DNA of 49,594 bases from an uncultured Gammaproteobacteria bacterium (GTDB lineage: Bacteria > Patescibacteriota > Patescibacteriia > Magasanikbacterales > UBA10003): assembly GCA_964365025.1 (NCBI GenBank), contig CAYIOJ010000003.1, positions 1 to 49,594 of the forward strand. The letters run 5' to 3'. The notes under the pieces are model-generated. The model did not search any database, was not told where the DNA came from, and saw only the letters and a program-made list of their open reading frames with translations. Of the stretch, positions 17,752 to 26,157 are shown piece by piece (the stretch's first letter is position 1; every line of letters starts with the position of its first letter). The position numbers and the translations under genes are program-made.

Positions 17752-18813
17752 TTATTCTTCCATTGGCGGCGGTTCGTCATCTGGCGGCGAGGTATCCACG
17801 ATTTCCACAGTTTCTTTTTTCTTTACTTCCTCCATTATTCTTTCGCGGATTTCTTTCATCAATTCCGGATTGGATCGTAAAAAGGCTTTGGCGGTTTCGC
17901 GGCCCACGCCCAATTTGATGTCGCCATAGGTATAGGAATTGCCGGATTTGGTAATGACTTTTTCCGCGACCCCGATATCGGTCAAATCACCGGAAATGGA
18001 GATGCCTTCATTATACATAATGTCAAACTCGCAGGTGCGGAAAGGCGCGGCCACTTTGTTTTTCACTATCTTGGCTTTGACGCGGTTGCCAATAATTTTG
18101 TCTCCCATCTTGATCTGCGCCGCGCGCCTGACCTCAATGCGCACCGAGCAATAAAATTTTAAAGCATTGCCGCCGGTGGTTGTTTCCGGATTGCCGAAAA
18201 ACACGCCGATTTTGTGCCGAATTTGATTGATAAAAATTACCACTGTGTTGGATTTGCTGATAATGGCCGTGAGTTTTCGGAGCGCCTGCGACATCAAACG
18301 CGCTTGCAGACCCATGTGCGAATCGCCCATGTCCCCCTCAATTTCCGCTTTGGGGGTCAAAGCCGCCACTGAGTCCACCACAATCACATCCACGCCATTG
18401 GAGCGCACCAAAGTTTCCACAATATCTAGGGCCTGTTCGCCGGTGTCCGGTTGGGAAATGAGCAATTCTTTGCATTTGACGCCGATTTTCGCGGCATAAT
18501 CGGGATCCAGCGCATGCTCCGCGTCCACGAAAGCGGCAATGCCTCCGGCTTTTTGCAGTTCTGCTACAATATGCAAAGCCAGGGTGGTTTTGCCAGAAGC
18601 CTCCGGCCCAAAAATTTCCACGATTCTGCCTTTGGGCACTCCGCCAACGCCCAGGGCCAGATCCAAAGAAAGACAGCCTGTTGGCACTGTCTCCACTTGC
18701 ATTTTTTTCGCTTCTCCCAGACGCATGATTGAGCCCTCGCCAAATCGTTCTTTAATTTGATTAATGGCCTCCTCCGCCGCCGCCATTCTTTCGTCAGTCG
18801 CTTTTTTTGCCAT
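17752..18813 (-). CDS. recA: recombinase RecA
   Basis: [16 protein letters not shown] Walker [21 protein letters not shown]1/L2 loop region, acidic Pro-rich tail. Confidence 0.97.
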   Translation of the reverse strand: MAKKATDERMAAAEEAINQIKERFGEGSIMRLGEAKKMQVETVPTGCLSLDLALGVGGVPKGRIVEIFGPEASGKTTLALHIVAELQKAGGIAAFVDAEHALDPDYAAKIGVKCKELLISQPDTGEQALDIVETLVRSNGVDVIVVDSVAALTPKAEIEGDMGDSHMGLQARLMSQALRKLTAIISKSNTVVIFINQIRHKIGVFFGNPETTTGGNALKFYCSVRIEVRRAAQIKMGDKIIGNRVKAKIVKNKVAAPFRTCEFDIMYNEGISISGDLTDIGVAEKVITKSGNSYTYGDIKLGVGRETAKAFLRSNPELMKEIRERIMEEVKKKETVEIVDTSPPDDEPPPMEE

Positions 18814-18817
18814 AGTG

Positions 18818-19204
18818 TTATTTCAAAGAAATATCTTTTTGTTCTTTAAGAATTACATTGCGAATTAAAGTTGTTGACTGGCCATATTTTTTGATCGCTT
18901 TTACCACTATCACATTCAGGCCGGGATTTAAAACAATCGGTTCTTCAAAAAATCCTTGGATATTGCTGATAACTTCGTGTCCATTGACTTGCACTCGCGT
19001 TTCCGGATTGGTAAGCCCTTTGACCAAAAGATTTGGAGCCGCGCTTACAGAATTATCAATTGGTGTTTCCACATCCAACGGAGGAGTGCTAAAAGTTCCA
19101 CGCAGGTTAATACCTAAATATATTAGCAAACCTGCCACAACAGTCAAGGCGGCTACGCGACGCAAAATACCGGGTATGTCTTTTTGCAAAACCCAAGGTG
19201 CCAT
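18818..19204 (-). CDS. membrane-anchored hypothetical protein (Ig-like beta-rich ectodomain?)
   Basis: 128 aa with TM segment [16 protein letters not shown]. Sits between ftsK and recA with 1-4 nt spacers. Confidence 0.5.
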   Translation of the reverse strand: MAPWVLQKDIPGILRRVAALTVVAGLLIYLGINLRGTFSTPPLDVETPIDNSVSAAPNLLVKGLTNPETRVQVNGHEVISNIQGFFEEPIVLNPGLNVIVVKAIKKYGQSTTLIRNVILKEQKDISLK

Positions 19205-19205
19205 G

Positions 19206-21431
19206 TTAAATTTCTACATTGTTGTTTTCCTCGTTTATTTCCTCCTCCTGAATTATATCCCCGCCTGTTCCTTTTATCAATAGCTCGCGTGGCTTGGCGC
19301 CGTCAGCCGGGCCGATAAATCCGATTTTTTCCAATAAATCCAACAGCCGCGCCGCTCTGGCATAGCCGACTTTCAGCCGCCTTTGCAAAAGAGAGGCTGA
19401 ACCCTTGCCAGCTTGTATGAGCACTTCTTTAGCTTCATCCAGCAATGGGTCGTCGTCTTCAGAAGGAACATTGGCACTATTAAATTCAAAGGTTCGTTGC
19501 TGTTTGGCGGTTATTTCATCATTGTATTGTGGTAACTCGTCGCCTTTTAAAAACTCCACCACTTTTTTAATTTCTTCTTCTCCGACATACGCTCCTTGTA
19601 AGCGTCTGGGTTTGGATAATTCCGGCGGGCTCCACAAACAATCGCCACGGCCCAAAAGTTTTTCCGCTCCGCTGGCATCCAAAATAGTTCGTGAGTCCAT
19701 TAATGAAGCTACGGAAAAAGCCAAACGCGCCGGCATGTTCGCTTTAATAAGTCCGGTAATAACATTTACTGAAGGCCTTTGAGTTGCCAACACCAAATGA
19801 ATGCCGACAGCGCGCGCCATTTGCGCCAATCTGACTATCGCCGCCTCCAACTCGGATCCGACCGAAGAAGTCATCAATTCCGCCAGTTCATCAATCACAA
19901 ACACTATATGCGGCAATTTTTGATCCATTACTTTATTGTAAGAAGCAATATCACGTCGTCCTGCTTTGGATAATAATTCAAAACGACGCTCCATTTCGCC
20001 AATTGTCCAGCGCAAAGCATTCACCGTTTTTTGTCCGTCAGTAATTATCGGCGTTAATAAATGCGGAATGCCATTATAATTGGGCAATTCCACTCTTTTG
20101 GGATCGACCAAAATCAAACGCAAGGTTTCCGGCGTGTGTTGCAAAAGCAAGCTCAAAAGAATTTCGTTGATGCAAACTGTTTTGCCCGAACCGGTAGTGC
20201 CGGCAATCAATAAATGTGGCAATACAGCTAAATCAGCAAACCATGGTTTGCCGGAAACATCTTTGCCAAGAGCCACAATCAAATTACCGCGCTGTTCGCG
20301 CGCTTCGGGCGATTCCAACAGTTCTCGCAAAGAAACTAAAGCCGCTTTTTGATTGGGCACTTCAATTCCCACCAGCGACTTGCCTGGGATAGGCGCCTCA
20401 ATGCGGATTGGATGAGCTGCCAAAGCCATGGCCAAATCATTTTGCAAAGCAGTCAAACGCGACAGCTTTACGCCATCAGCCGGTTTTAAAGTGTATTGGG
20501 TGACAGTCGGGCCAACCTGCACCGCGCCCATTTCCACCACAATGCCGAAATTTTCCAGTGTCTTTTGGATTGTAAAAAGATTGGCTTTGATGTCGCCTGA
20601 AGTTGGTTTGGAACGCATTGAAGATAGCAAATCAAGCGATGGAAGTCCGCGAGTATATTTGAAAGCCGGAATGGCGTCATCAATCGTTGGTGTTGGTTTC
20701 TCATCTGTTCCCTGTGCCGTGGCAACCGGAGCAACACTTTCCTCTTCTTTTTTCAAAGCGCGAGTTTGAAAATCAAAAGCCGGAGCGGAAGATTCTTCTT
20801 CGCTATAATCAGCCACCTCCGGTGTTTTTTTAATGAATAATGAAATCACGCCGATAATAATTTTGCCAAAAGTTCCCAGTTGCAACAACATCATTTTTTG
20901 GGCGTTGATAATACGAGCGAGAGAAGTGTTGAAAAGTAAAAGTAGCGATGCCAAAATCAGAGCTCCCAAAATTACCAAGGCCGTCAAAAAACCAAACAGA
21001 TATGACAGCGGATACCCGGCGCCAAAACCCATGAGTCCGCCGGCTTGGCCGGTCAAGGCGATTTTAAAAGCGCCGGAAGTCGGCTCGTGAAAACGAATCA
21101 AATGAATTACGCCATTAACTCCAAAAAGCAAAAGAAAAAATCCCAGAAAATGACGGACATCGTGCGGATAATCCTGTTCCATTTCAATCAAAATGCCAAT
21201 GAGCACGAGCAGAATTGGCGCCAAAAGTCGGCTTTCGCCAAAAGCCACTGCCAAAAGATAATCAATAATTGAGCCGGCCTGTCCGCCGATTCCCAGATAG
21301 CTCAAAATTAAAATTCCGGCAATTAAAAAAAGCGCAATTACCATAAGTCCGCGTTTGATTTCAGGATTAAGGCCGATTGATTCTTTGTGTCGCGGTTTGC
21401 GCTTTTCCACCTCTTTTTTTACATGTGGCAT
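19206..21431 (-). CDS. ftsK: DNA translocase FtsK/SpoIIIE
   Basis: N-terminal 4-5 TM helices, a linker, the motor domain with LLIAGTTGSGKTVCIN Walker A and VFVIDELAEL Walker B, and a C-terminal gamma wHTH (SASLLQRRLKVGYARAARLLDLLE). The start was set at ATG 21431 (MPHVKKE). Confidence 0.93.
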   Translation of the reverse strand: MPHVKKEVEKRKPRHKESIGLNPEIKRGLMVIALFLIAGILILSYLGIGGQAGSIIDYLLAVAFGESRLLAPILLVLIGILIEMEQDYPHDVRHFLGFFLLLFGVNGVIHLIRFHEPTSGAFKIALTGQAGGLMGFGAGYPLSYLFGFLTALVILGALILASLLLLFNTSLARIINAQKMMLLQLGTFGKIIIGVISLFIKKTPEVADYSEEESSAPAFDFQTRALKKEEESVAPVATAQGTDEKPTPTIDDAIPAFKYTRGLPSLDLLSSMRSKPTSGDIKANLFTIQKTLENFGIVVEMGAVQVGPTVTQYTLKPADGVKLSRLTALQNDLAMALAAHPIRIEAPIPGKSLVGIEVPNQKAALVSLRELLESPEAREQRGNLIVALGKDVSGKPWFADLAVLPHLLIAGTTGSGKTVCINEILLSLLLQHTPETLRLILVDPKRVELPNYNGIPHLLTPIITDGQKTVNALRWTIGEMERRFELLSKAGRRDIASYNKVMDQKLPHIVFVIDELAELMTSSVGSELEAAIVRLAQMARAVGIHLVLATQRPSVNVITGLIKANMPARLAFSVASLMDSRTILDASGAEKLLGRGDCLWSPPELSKPRRLQGAYVGEEEIKKVVEFLKGDELPQYNDEITAKQQRTFEFNSANVPSEDDDPLLDEAKEVLIQAGKGSASLLQRRLKVGYARAARLLDLLEKIGFIGPADGAKPRELLIKGTGGDIIQEEEINEENNNVEI

Positions 21432-21685
21432 AAATACCAGTTTGAATGTCCACACTATTATATCACATTTTGCCTCAAAACCAAAAAGCGGCGAATTGGC
21501 TATCACGCTTTTGAACCGACTGGGGGCTAAAGTCCCTATCTAAATGTTTGTGTTTTTAGATAGTGCGTTATCGCTAACGATATTTAGTCGCTGGACAATC
21601 GCGTTTATGACTTTAGTATAACCGATTCATCGTATAACTATTCGCCGCTTTCTGAGTCCTTTATTAGGGATAAAGGGCCTAAATA

Positions 21686-21714
21686 ATCATAGCTTTTTGG
21701 CGGAATTTTGTCAA
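21686..21714 (-). promoter_or_regulatory. sigma70-like promoter upstream of ftsK
   Basis: The minus strand reads TTGACA (21714-21709), 17 nt, TATGAT (21691-21686). This leaves a ~250-nt leader before the ftsK ATG. Confidence 0.5.
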
Positions 21715-21734
21715 AATTATTTTTTTTGGTTTTT

Positions 21735-22130
21735 TTAAATGACTTTAATTATGTCTAACAATTGATTTGGATTAGATTTGAGATTTACGATTATAAGTTT
21801 ATCTAGCGCAAGGTGCTCTTCTAAAATATTTTTTTCCGTGTCAAAAGCATAATCGTCGAGCCAAAGAAAATTCTGTGAAAAATTTATCCCTTCCGTTTTC
21901 CAAAGGTTCCAATTGGTAGTTTTTATTTTCTTCAAAAAAGGAATTGCTTCGGGTTGGACACCACCAATTAAATGGAAAATAGCGCTAGCCGCGTCACCTT
22001 TACAGTGAGTCGTAAGCCAGTAACAGTCAAAGTTGTTTGTCGCGAAATTGAGAAAGTCGACAAGGTGCAGAGCCATATCGCCGTGTTTTGTAAGAAGCAC
22101 TCCGTCAATGTCTAAATAGAGATTTTTCAT
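21735..22130 (-). CDS. small HAD-superfamily-like protein
   Basis: N-terminal LYLDIDGVLL (DxDGV motif I) and a late LWLDDY acidic motif. 131 aa. Confidence 0.5.
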   Translation of the reverse strand: MKNLYLDIDGVLLTKHGDMALHLVDFLNFATNNFDCYWLTTHCKGDAASAIFHLIGGVQPEAIPFLKKIKTTNWNLWKTEGINFSQNFLWLDDYAFDTEKNILEEHLALDKLIIVNLKSNPNQLLDIIKVI

Positions 22131-22311
22131 TTATTCTCCAGCCTATTTTTAATAAATTTTAATAAATATGTTGCTCCTCCGACTTGGGAGAGAAAATTTT
22201 TTTTTACCTTTGATTATATAAATGAGAAAATTTTTGGAACCAGATATTTGGTGTTGTGTGATGTACACAGAAAATTAATAAATTAGAGGGAAATTTTGTT
22301 ATTCTTTCCTA

Positions 22312-22884
22312 TTAAACTAAATCAATTTTTTCATATTCTTTGATGAGATTCTGCCAAGCATTATAAAGTCCCGTTAATTCATTCTGGATTTCTGGAAAAG
22401 AGGATAAATTCCGCAAGTCTCTTTCCATTTTAGCATAAACCATGAAGTTCTCCTTTTTATCCTTATCATCTTTGGCCATATCAAAATACGTTGAATTGGT
22501 CATGTGGCTGGCAGAATCTACAAAAGCCATAATTTTTGCCTCTAATGATTTTGGCATCACATCTCGGCATCTGTGAGAACGAACGCAATGCAACACCTCG
22601 TTCATTTTTTCTGACCCACAATTTTCATGTTCCAGAAATTCTTTGGCACGCTCCTCGCTACGAACCGCATGATCAATGTCTGTCGGGATAGGATAATGCC
22701 CAAGATCGTGCAACCAAACCGCCAGCAAAACAATTTCTTCGTTTGCTTGCGGATATTTATTCAACATAAATCTAGCCCATTTTTCCGCTTCTGGAACATG
22801 AGGTAAAAGATGATATGGGTCTGAGCCAAAATCACTCACCATTTCCAAAAATTTGGCTTTTGCTTTTTCAATAATTGACTCCAT
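22312..22884 (-). CDS. HD-domain metal-dependent phosphohydrolase
   Basis: LLAVWLHDLGH (the HD dyad), a later HCVRSH, and DSASHM. Confidence 0.7.
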   Translation of the reverse strand: MESIIEKAKAKFLEMVSDFGSDPYHLLPHVPEAEKWARFMLNKYPQANEEIVLLAVWLHDLGHYPIPTDIDHAVRSEERAKEFLEHENCGSEKMNEVLHCVRSHRCRDVMPKSLEAKIMAFVDSASHMTNSTYFDMAKDDKDKKENFMVYAKMERDLRNLSSFPEIQNELTGLYNAWQNLIKEYEKIDLV

Positions 22885-22964
22885 ATCTTATGAAAAAATT
22901 GATTATAAAATAGTGAATAACAAAATTTTTCTTCCTTATAAAAAATAAATTTTCTGTGTTTTTT

Positions 22965-23360
22965 GCACAATGGGCGGCGGATATGCGACGTCCCGTCCGG
23001 ACGAAAACAGAGTTTTCGGACGGGCGGGATGTAGCGAAGCGACGCATATCCGACAGTTCGGCGATGTCGCGAAGCGTAGCGAGCGACAGAGCAAGAACTG
23101 GCGGGCACCGCCGCCCATTCGGCAAAACGAGGAGGAGTCCGCGAGGACTCCGACGAGAGCGAGCGGAGCGAGCGATTTTGGCCAACGTATCCGAGTATGC
23201 GAAGCCGCGCCGTTGTTTTCAACACAAACTTTCGCTTTCAGATGATTGTATTTTATCATTTTAAGCCCTCAATTTCAATAGCGCGGTTTGGGTGAAGAAA
23301 ATAGCGATACCTTATTAAAAGTTAAAAATTTATCGCTATTTTCTGAACCGCATACTCGGT
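22965..23360. other. high-GC, palindrome-dense non-coding segment (candidate large structured RNA or cluster of REP-like elements)
   Basis: Perfect long-range complements: 22969-22980/23108-23119 (12 bp), 23191-23201/23349-23359 (11 bp), 23296-23308/23332-23344 (13 bp). Local hairpins include ggagtcc-GCGA-ggactcc (23134-23151). Every frame is open, but none has a start/RBS context. Confidence 0.4.
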
Positions 23361-23361
23361 G

Positions 23362-23423
23362 TTATCGGATGTAAATTATTTTCATTTTCGATTTTCGTCA
23401 TTTATTAAAAGGCAAATTTTGAT
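23362..23423. repeat. left arm of a ~62-bp imperfect inverted repeat (partner 25823..25885)
   Basis: ttatcggatgtaaattattttcattttcgatttt... matches the reverse complement of 25852-25885 at 32 of 34 positions. Similarity continues with small indels (aaggcaaattttgat versus aaggcgaattttgat). Confidence 0.85.
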
Positions 23424-23428
23424 TCCAC

Positions 23429-23479
23429 TTGGCGGGGGCGCAAGAGGGGAATAAAAGGGGTGAATTGCGCCCCCGCCAA
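23429..23479. other. 15-bp perfect GC-rich stem-loop just inside the left inverted repeat
   Basis: ttggcgggggcgcaa (23429-23443) and ttgcgcccccgccaa (23465-23479), with a 21-nt G-rich loop. Confidence 0.8.
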
Positions 23480-23490
23480 TCCGTTTATAC

Positions 23491-23544
23491 AAAATGAAGA
23501 AGGCCAGCGGTACTTTTCCGATTTCTCGGAATTTCCCGCTGGCC
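23491..23544 (-). terminator. probable terminator of the high-GC two-gene operon
   Basis: The minus strand reads GGCCAGCGG...(inner CCGA-gaaa-TCGG)...CCGCTGGCC followed by TTCTTCATTTT. It begins 19 nt after the stop at 23563. Confidence 0.5.
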
Positions 23545-23562
23545 CATGTGAGTTGGCCTGCT

Positions 23563-24168
23563 TCAGAGTTGAACCTCCTCCGCAGGCACGAATGCGGCGC
23601 TGTCGACATGCCCGCATGTCCAGTGTCCAGTCTGGATGAAGCCGACAAGCACGTACTTCCTTCCCCGGAATTCCATGACTTCGCCCAGCTCTCGCGGCAT
23701 GTGCCATCGGCCGCGTTCCTCCGGCGGAAGAAAACCGCGACTGTCAGCCCTCGGCCACGAGCGAGTCTTCTCCTCGTTGAGGAGCCACGCCCGAATCTCC
23801 GGCGGCTGAACCGGTTCCTCCTCTCCGTAGTAGATGGAAACCGTCAGTCCCAGGGCTTTGGCCCCCGGAACCCACCACCACTCGATGGTGGAAGTGAAAT
23901 CGAGCGGATCCCGAGCGTCTTTGTCCTCGACCACTGCCCTCCGCGCAATGTCGAGGAGCGTCGGTTTCTTGGCCGCCGTGCTTTTTTCCTCCATAGGTTT
24001 CTCCTCTGTTGGCTGGTGCGGAGGATTTTGCTGGCACATGCATGTCGGCGCCTGCACGGGCATCGTGGCCCTGCATCTCCCCATGTGCTCCTCATACTGA
24101 CGTCGTTTCTTCGGATACTTGTCTGCGCCTGCCGACAGTACGGACTCCTCATACCATGGCCGCGACAT
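23563..24168 (-). CDS. hypothetical protein (high-GC operon, gene 2), no recognisable family
   Basis: 201 aa from ATG 24168, preceded by caaaacaAGGAAGGAGGcaaaa. Normal amino-acid composition, in contrast to the Arg/Pro/Leu-rich antisense ORFs. 22-nt spacer to the upstream gene. Confidence 0.65.
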   Translation of the reverse strand: MSRPWYEESVLSAGADKYPKKRRQYEEHMGRCRATMPVQAPTCMCQQNPPHQPTEEKPMEEKSTAAKKPTLLDIARRAVVEDKDARDPLDFTSTIEWWWVPGAKALGLTVSIYYGEEEPVQPPEIRAWLLNEEKTRSWPRADSRGFLPPEERGRWHMPRELGEVMEFRGRKYVLVGFIQTGHWTCGHVDSAAFVPAEEVQL

Positions 24169-24190
24169 TTTTGCCTCCTTCCTTGTTTTG

Positions 24191-24733
24191 TTAGTCACCC
24201 TCGACAAGCACGCTGTATCCACCCCATTTTTCCACGGCCGCTTTCAACTCGACGTTCTGCTCGCGGCTGAAGATATCTCGGCCTTCGGCGCCCTGAATGG
24301 TGCAAGTGATGCATCCGAGCATGCCGAGTTTCACCCACACCATGTGGATATCGATCCTGTCGATCGCCCACAGCCTGGCGTAGATTTCCTGCTCTCGGTA
24401 TCCCGGGCAGTACTCTACTATGCAGTGAGAGCTTTCCAAGCAACCGGCATACGGAGCGGCACTCCGGTATTTCTTGCAGTTCTTTGCCGGTCGGAATACC
24501 CACAAACCATTCTCGTTCATGTCGAGGTGAAAGGATTCCCCAATTCTGTCGTTTGGCCAGTCAGCGCACCGGACCGTGACGAAGGCATGCCGCCAATCGT
24601 CACCGTTGCGTTCTTTTCCGCTGCTTTCTTCTGCTTGCACCACATACCCCGCGGCTTCAAACTCCTTCTTGACTTTCTCCGGTTGTTGCGCCGCGTAGGT
24701 CGTGTGAAAACGGTAGCAGATGTCCATGCCCAT
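24191..24733 (-). CDS. hypothetical Cys-rich protein (high-GC operon, gene 1), no recognisable family
   Basis: 180 aa from ATG 24733, preceded by caaacaAGGAAGGAGacaaaaa, nearly the same RBS context as gene 2. Contains 9 Cys, including CLESSHCIVEYC and CITC. Confidence 0.65.
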   Translation of the reverse strand: MGMDICYRFHTTYAAQQPEKVKKEFEAAGYVVQAEESSGKERNGDDWRHAFVTVRCADWPNDRIGESFHLDMNENGLWVFRPAKNCKKYRSAAPYAGCLESSHCIVEYCPGYREQEIYARLWAIDRIDIHMVWVKLGMLGCITCTIQGAEGRDIFSREQNVELKAAVEKWGGYSVLVEGD

Positions 24734-24911
24734 TTTTTGTCTCCTTCCTTGTTTGTTAAAGAGCCCCGTCTTCCTCCGCACCCATTACGGAGTTTAGACA
24801 AGTCAATGTACCAAATAAACCAGATTTGTAAATACTATGCGTCAGAGAAAATGGTGAAATATGCGCGAATAAGCCAAAATAATAAAATAAAATATAAATT
24901 GTAAGTAATCA

Positions 24912-24940
24912 TTGACACAATGTAGCCTTTGTGATATGAT
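24912..24940 (+). promoter_or_regulatory. sigma70-like promoter of the TrmB-family regulator gene
   Basis: TTGACA (24912-24917), 17 nt, TATGAT (24935-24940). ATG at 24976. Confidence 0.55.
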
Positions 24941-24975
24941 GGAAATGTATAAATTAGCATTTTAAACACAAACAT

Positions 24976-25764
24976 ATGGCAAACCTAATCGACGATCTCG
25001 GTTTAGACGAAAACGAAGCAAAAGTATATCAAGCACTTTTAGAGATTGGGCCTTCTACGGTTAGCCAAATAACAAAAAAAGCGGGTATCACCCGCACCTT
25101 TGGTTATCAGATTTTGGAAAAATTGAGTATTTACGGATTGGTCAATCGTGTTTCTGGCGAAAGGGTAAAAATTCGCTATGCTGCGGAACATCCGCGCCAT
25201 TTGGTGCAATTTATCCAAAACCGCAAAAACCAATGGGAGAGGCGGCTTAAAGATGTTGAACAACGTCTGCCGGATTTAGTTTCACTTTTCAAAGTCGCGG
25301 AAAAACCAATCATAAAATATCAAGAAGGAATTGAAGGTGTAAAAACTATTTACAGCCAAACCCTTGAATCAAAAGAAGAAATTTTATCTATTTTGGATAT
25401 TGAAGGTTGGGATGTGCCGGAATTTCGGCAATGGGGAAGAGAATATAATCGACAACGCAGTGAAAAGAAAATCAAAGAGCGGATACTTATGCTTGATACT
25501 CCGCAAGGCCGTGACTGGATGAAAAATTATCGCGGGTCTTTCAAATACACGTATTGTCGCTGGATAAAATCAGAACAGTTGCCTGGAATTAAAGAGTTTG
25601 GCGGCGAAATAAACATTTATGAAAACAAAGTTGTGATTGCGCTTTTGAAAAAGACTAATTTGATGGGAGTAATGATTGAAAGCACGGCCTTGGCAAACAT
25701 TTTGAAAGGATTGTTTGAGTTGGCGTGGACGCAAGGGGTGGAAGCAAGAAAAAGTAAAAAATAA
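24976..25764 (+). CDS. TrmB-family transcriptional regulator (wHTH plus C-terminal sensor-like domain)
   Basis: LGLDENEAKVYQALLEIGPSTVSQITKKAGITRTFGYQILEKLSIYGLVNRV is a typical TrmB N-terminal wHTH. Total length 262 aa. Confidence 0.8.
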   Translation: MANLIDDLGLDENEAKVYQALLEIGPSTVSQITKKAGITRTFGYQILEKLSIYGLVNRVSGERVKIRYAAEHPRHLVQFIQNRKNQWERRLKDVEQRLPDLVSLFKVAEKPIIKYQEGIEGVKTIYSQTLESKEEILSILDIEGWDVPEFRQWGREYNRQRSEKKIKERILMLDTPQGRDWMKNYRGSFKYTYCRWIKSEQLPGIKEFGGEINIYENKVVIALLKKTNLMGVMIESTALANILKGLFELAWTQGVEARKSKK

Positions 25765-25771
25765 AAAAAGC

Positions 25772-25797
25772 GTCCCGCCCGAATATACGGGCGGGAC
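25772..25797. terminator. GC-rich hairpin after the TrmB-family gene (bidirectional shape)
   Basis: gtcccgccc-gaatatac-gggcgggac, preceded by an A-run. Confidence 0.6.
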
Positions 25798-25822
25798 ACC
25801 ATATTTCCCCTAATCAAAAAAT

Positions 25823-25885
25823 ATCAAAATTCGCCTTTCCTTATTCAAATAAAAATCGAAAATGAAAATAATTTATTTCCGATAA
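25823..25885. repeat. right arm of the ~62-bp inverted repeat (partner 23362..23423)
   Basis: aaaatcgaaaatgaaaataatttatttccgataa (25852-25885) is the reverse complement of 23362-23395 with 2 mismatches. The inner part aligns with indels. Confidence 0.85.
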
Positions 25886-26119
25886 ACTACTTATATACCA
25901 ACTCACCTGTTTTTTCTCTAAAACATGCCAAAATGTCAACGGATAGTTGCTTATAGGAAGGGTTGTGTAAGGCATTTTTATTCTAACACCATTTAAGGCA
26001 GGCGGCAACACACCTCCCCAATAAAAAGCTCTCCGCTATTTTAAGGCTGAGTTGGTCATCATTTATCCACACCCCCATTCTTTACTGTTTTTGAAATAAT
26101 AGGTATAATTTGTATATAC

Positions 26120-26157
26120 GTTTCTATTTTTTATCATTTTTAATAAAGAAATGAAAT
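26120..26157 (+). repeat. 38-nt direct repeat, copy 1 (abiEi upstream region plus first codons); copy 2 at 28724..28761
   Basis: gtttctattttttatcatttttaataaagaaatgaaat versus gtttccgttttttatcatttttaataaaaaaatgaaat: 35 of 38 identical. Confidence 0.85.

Noticed and set aside
21432-21506. Upstream extension of ftsK (MIANSPLFGFEAKCDIIVWTFKLVF)
   Set aside because: It is not typical of FtsK. ATG 21431 (MPHVKKEVEKRK...) directly precedes the first TM helix.
22965-23360. RNase P RNA, tmRNA, SRP RNA or a retron msr/msd identity for the GC-rich structured segment
   Set aside because: There is no GGAAAGUCC / ACAGAA-CCGGCUUA P4 pair, no tRNA-like 3' end and no GGAA-capped SRP helix 8. No reverse-transcriptase ORF lies downstream on either strand. 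Left as unassigned.
22836-24904. About 15 overlapping ORFs of 60-260 aa on both strands (for example 23494..24270 +, 24119..24904 +, 22970..23245 +)
   Set aside because: These are stop-codon-poor, GC-rich DNA. Their translations are Arg/Pro/Leu/Ser-rich with no RBS. Only the two minus-strand ORFs with AAGGAAGGAG sites and balanced composition were kept.
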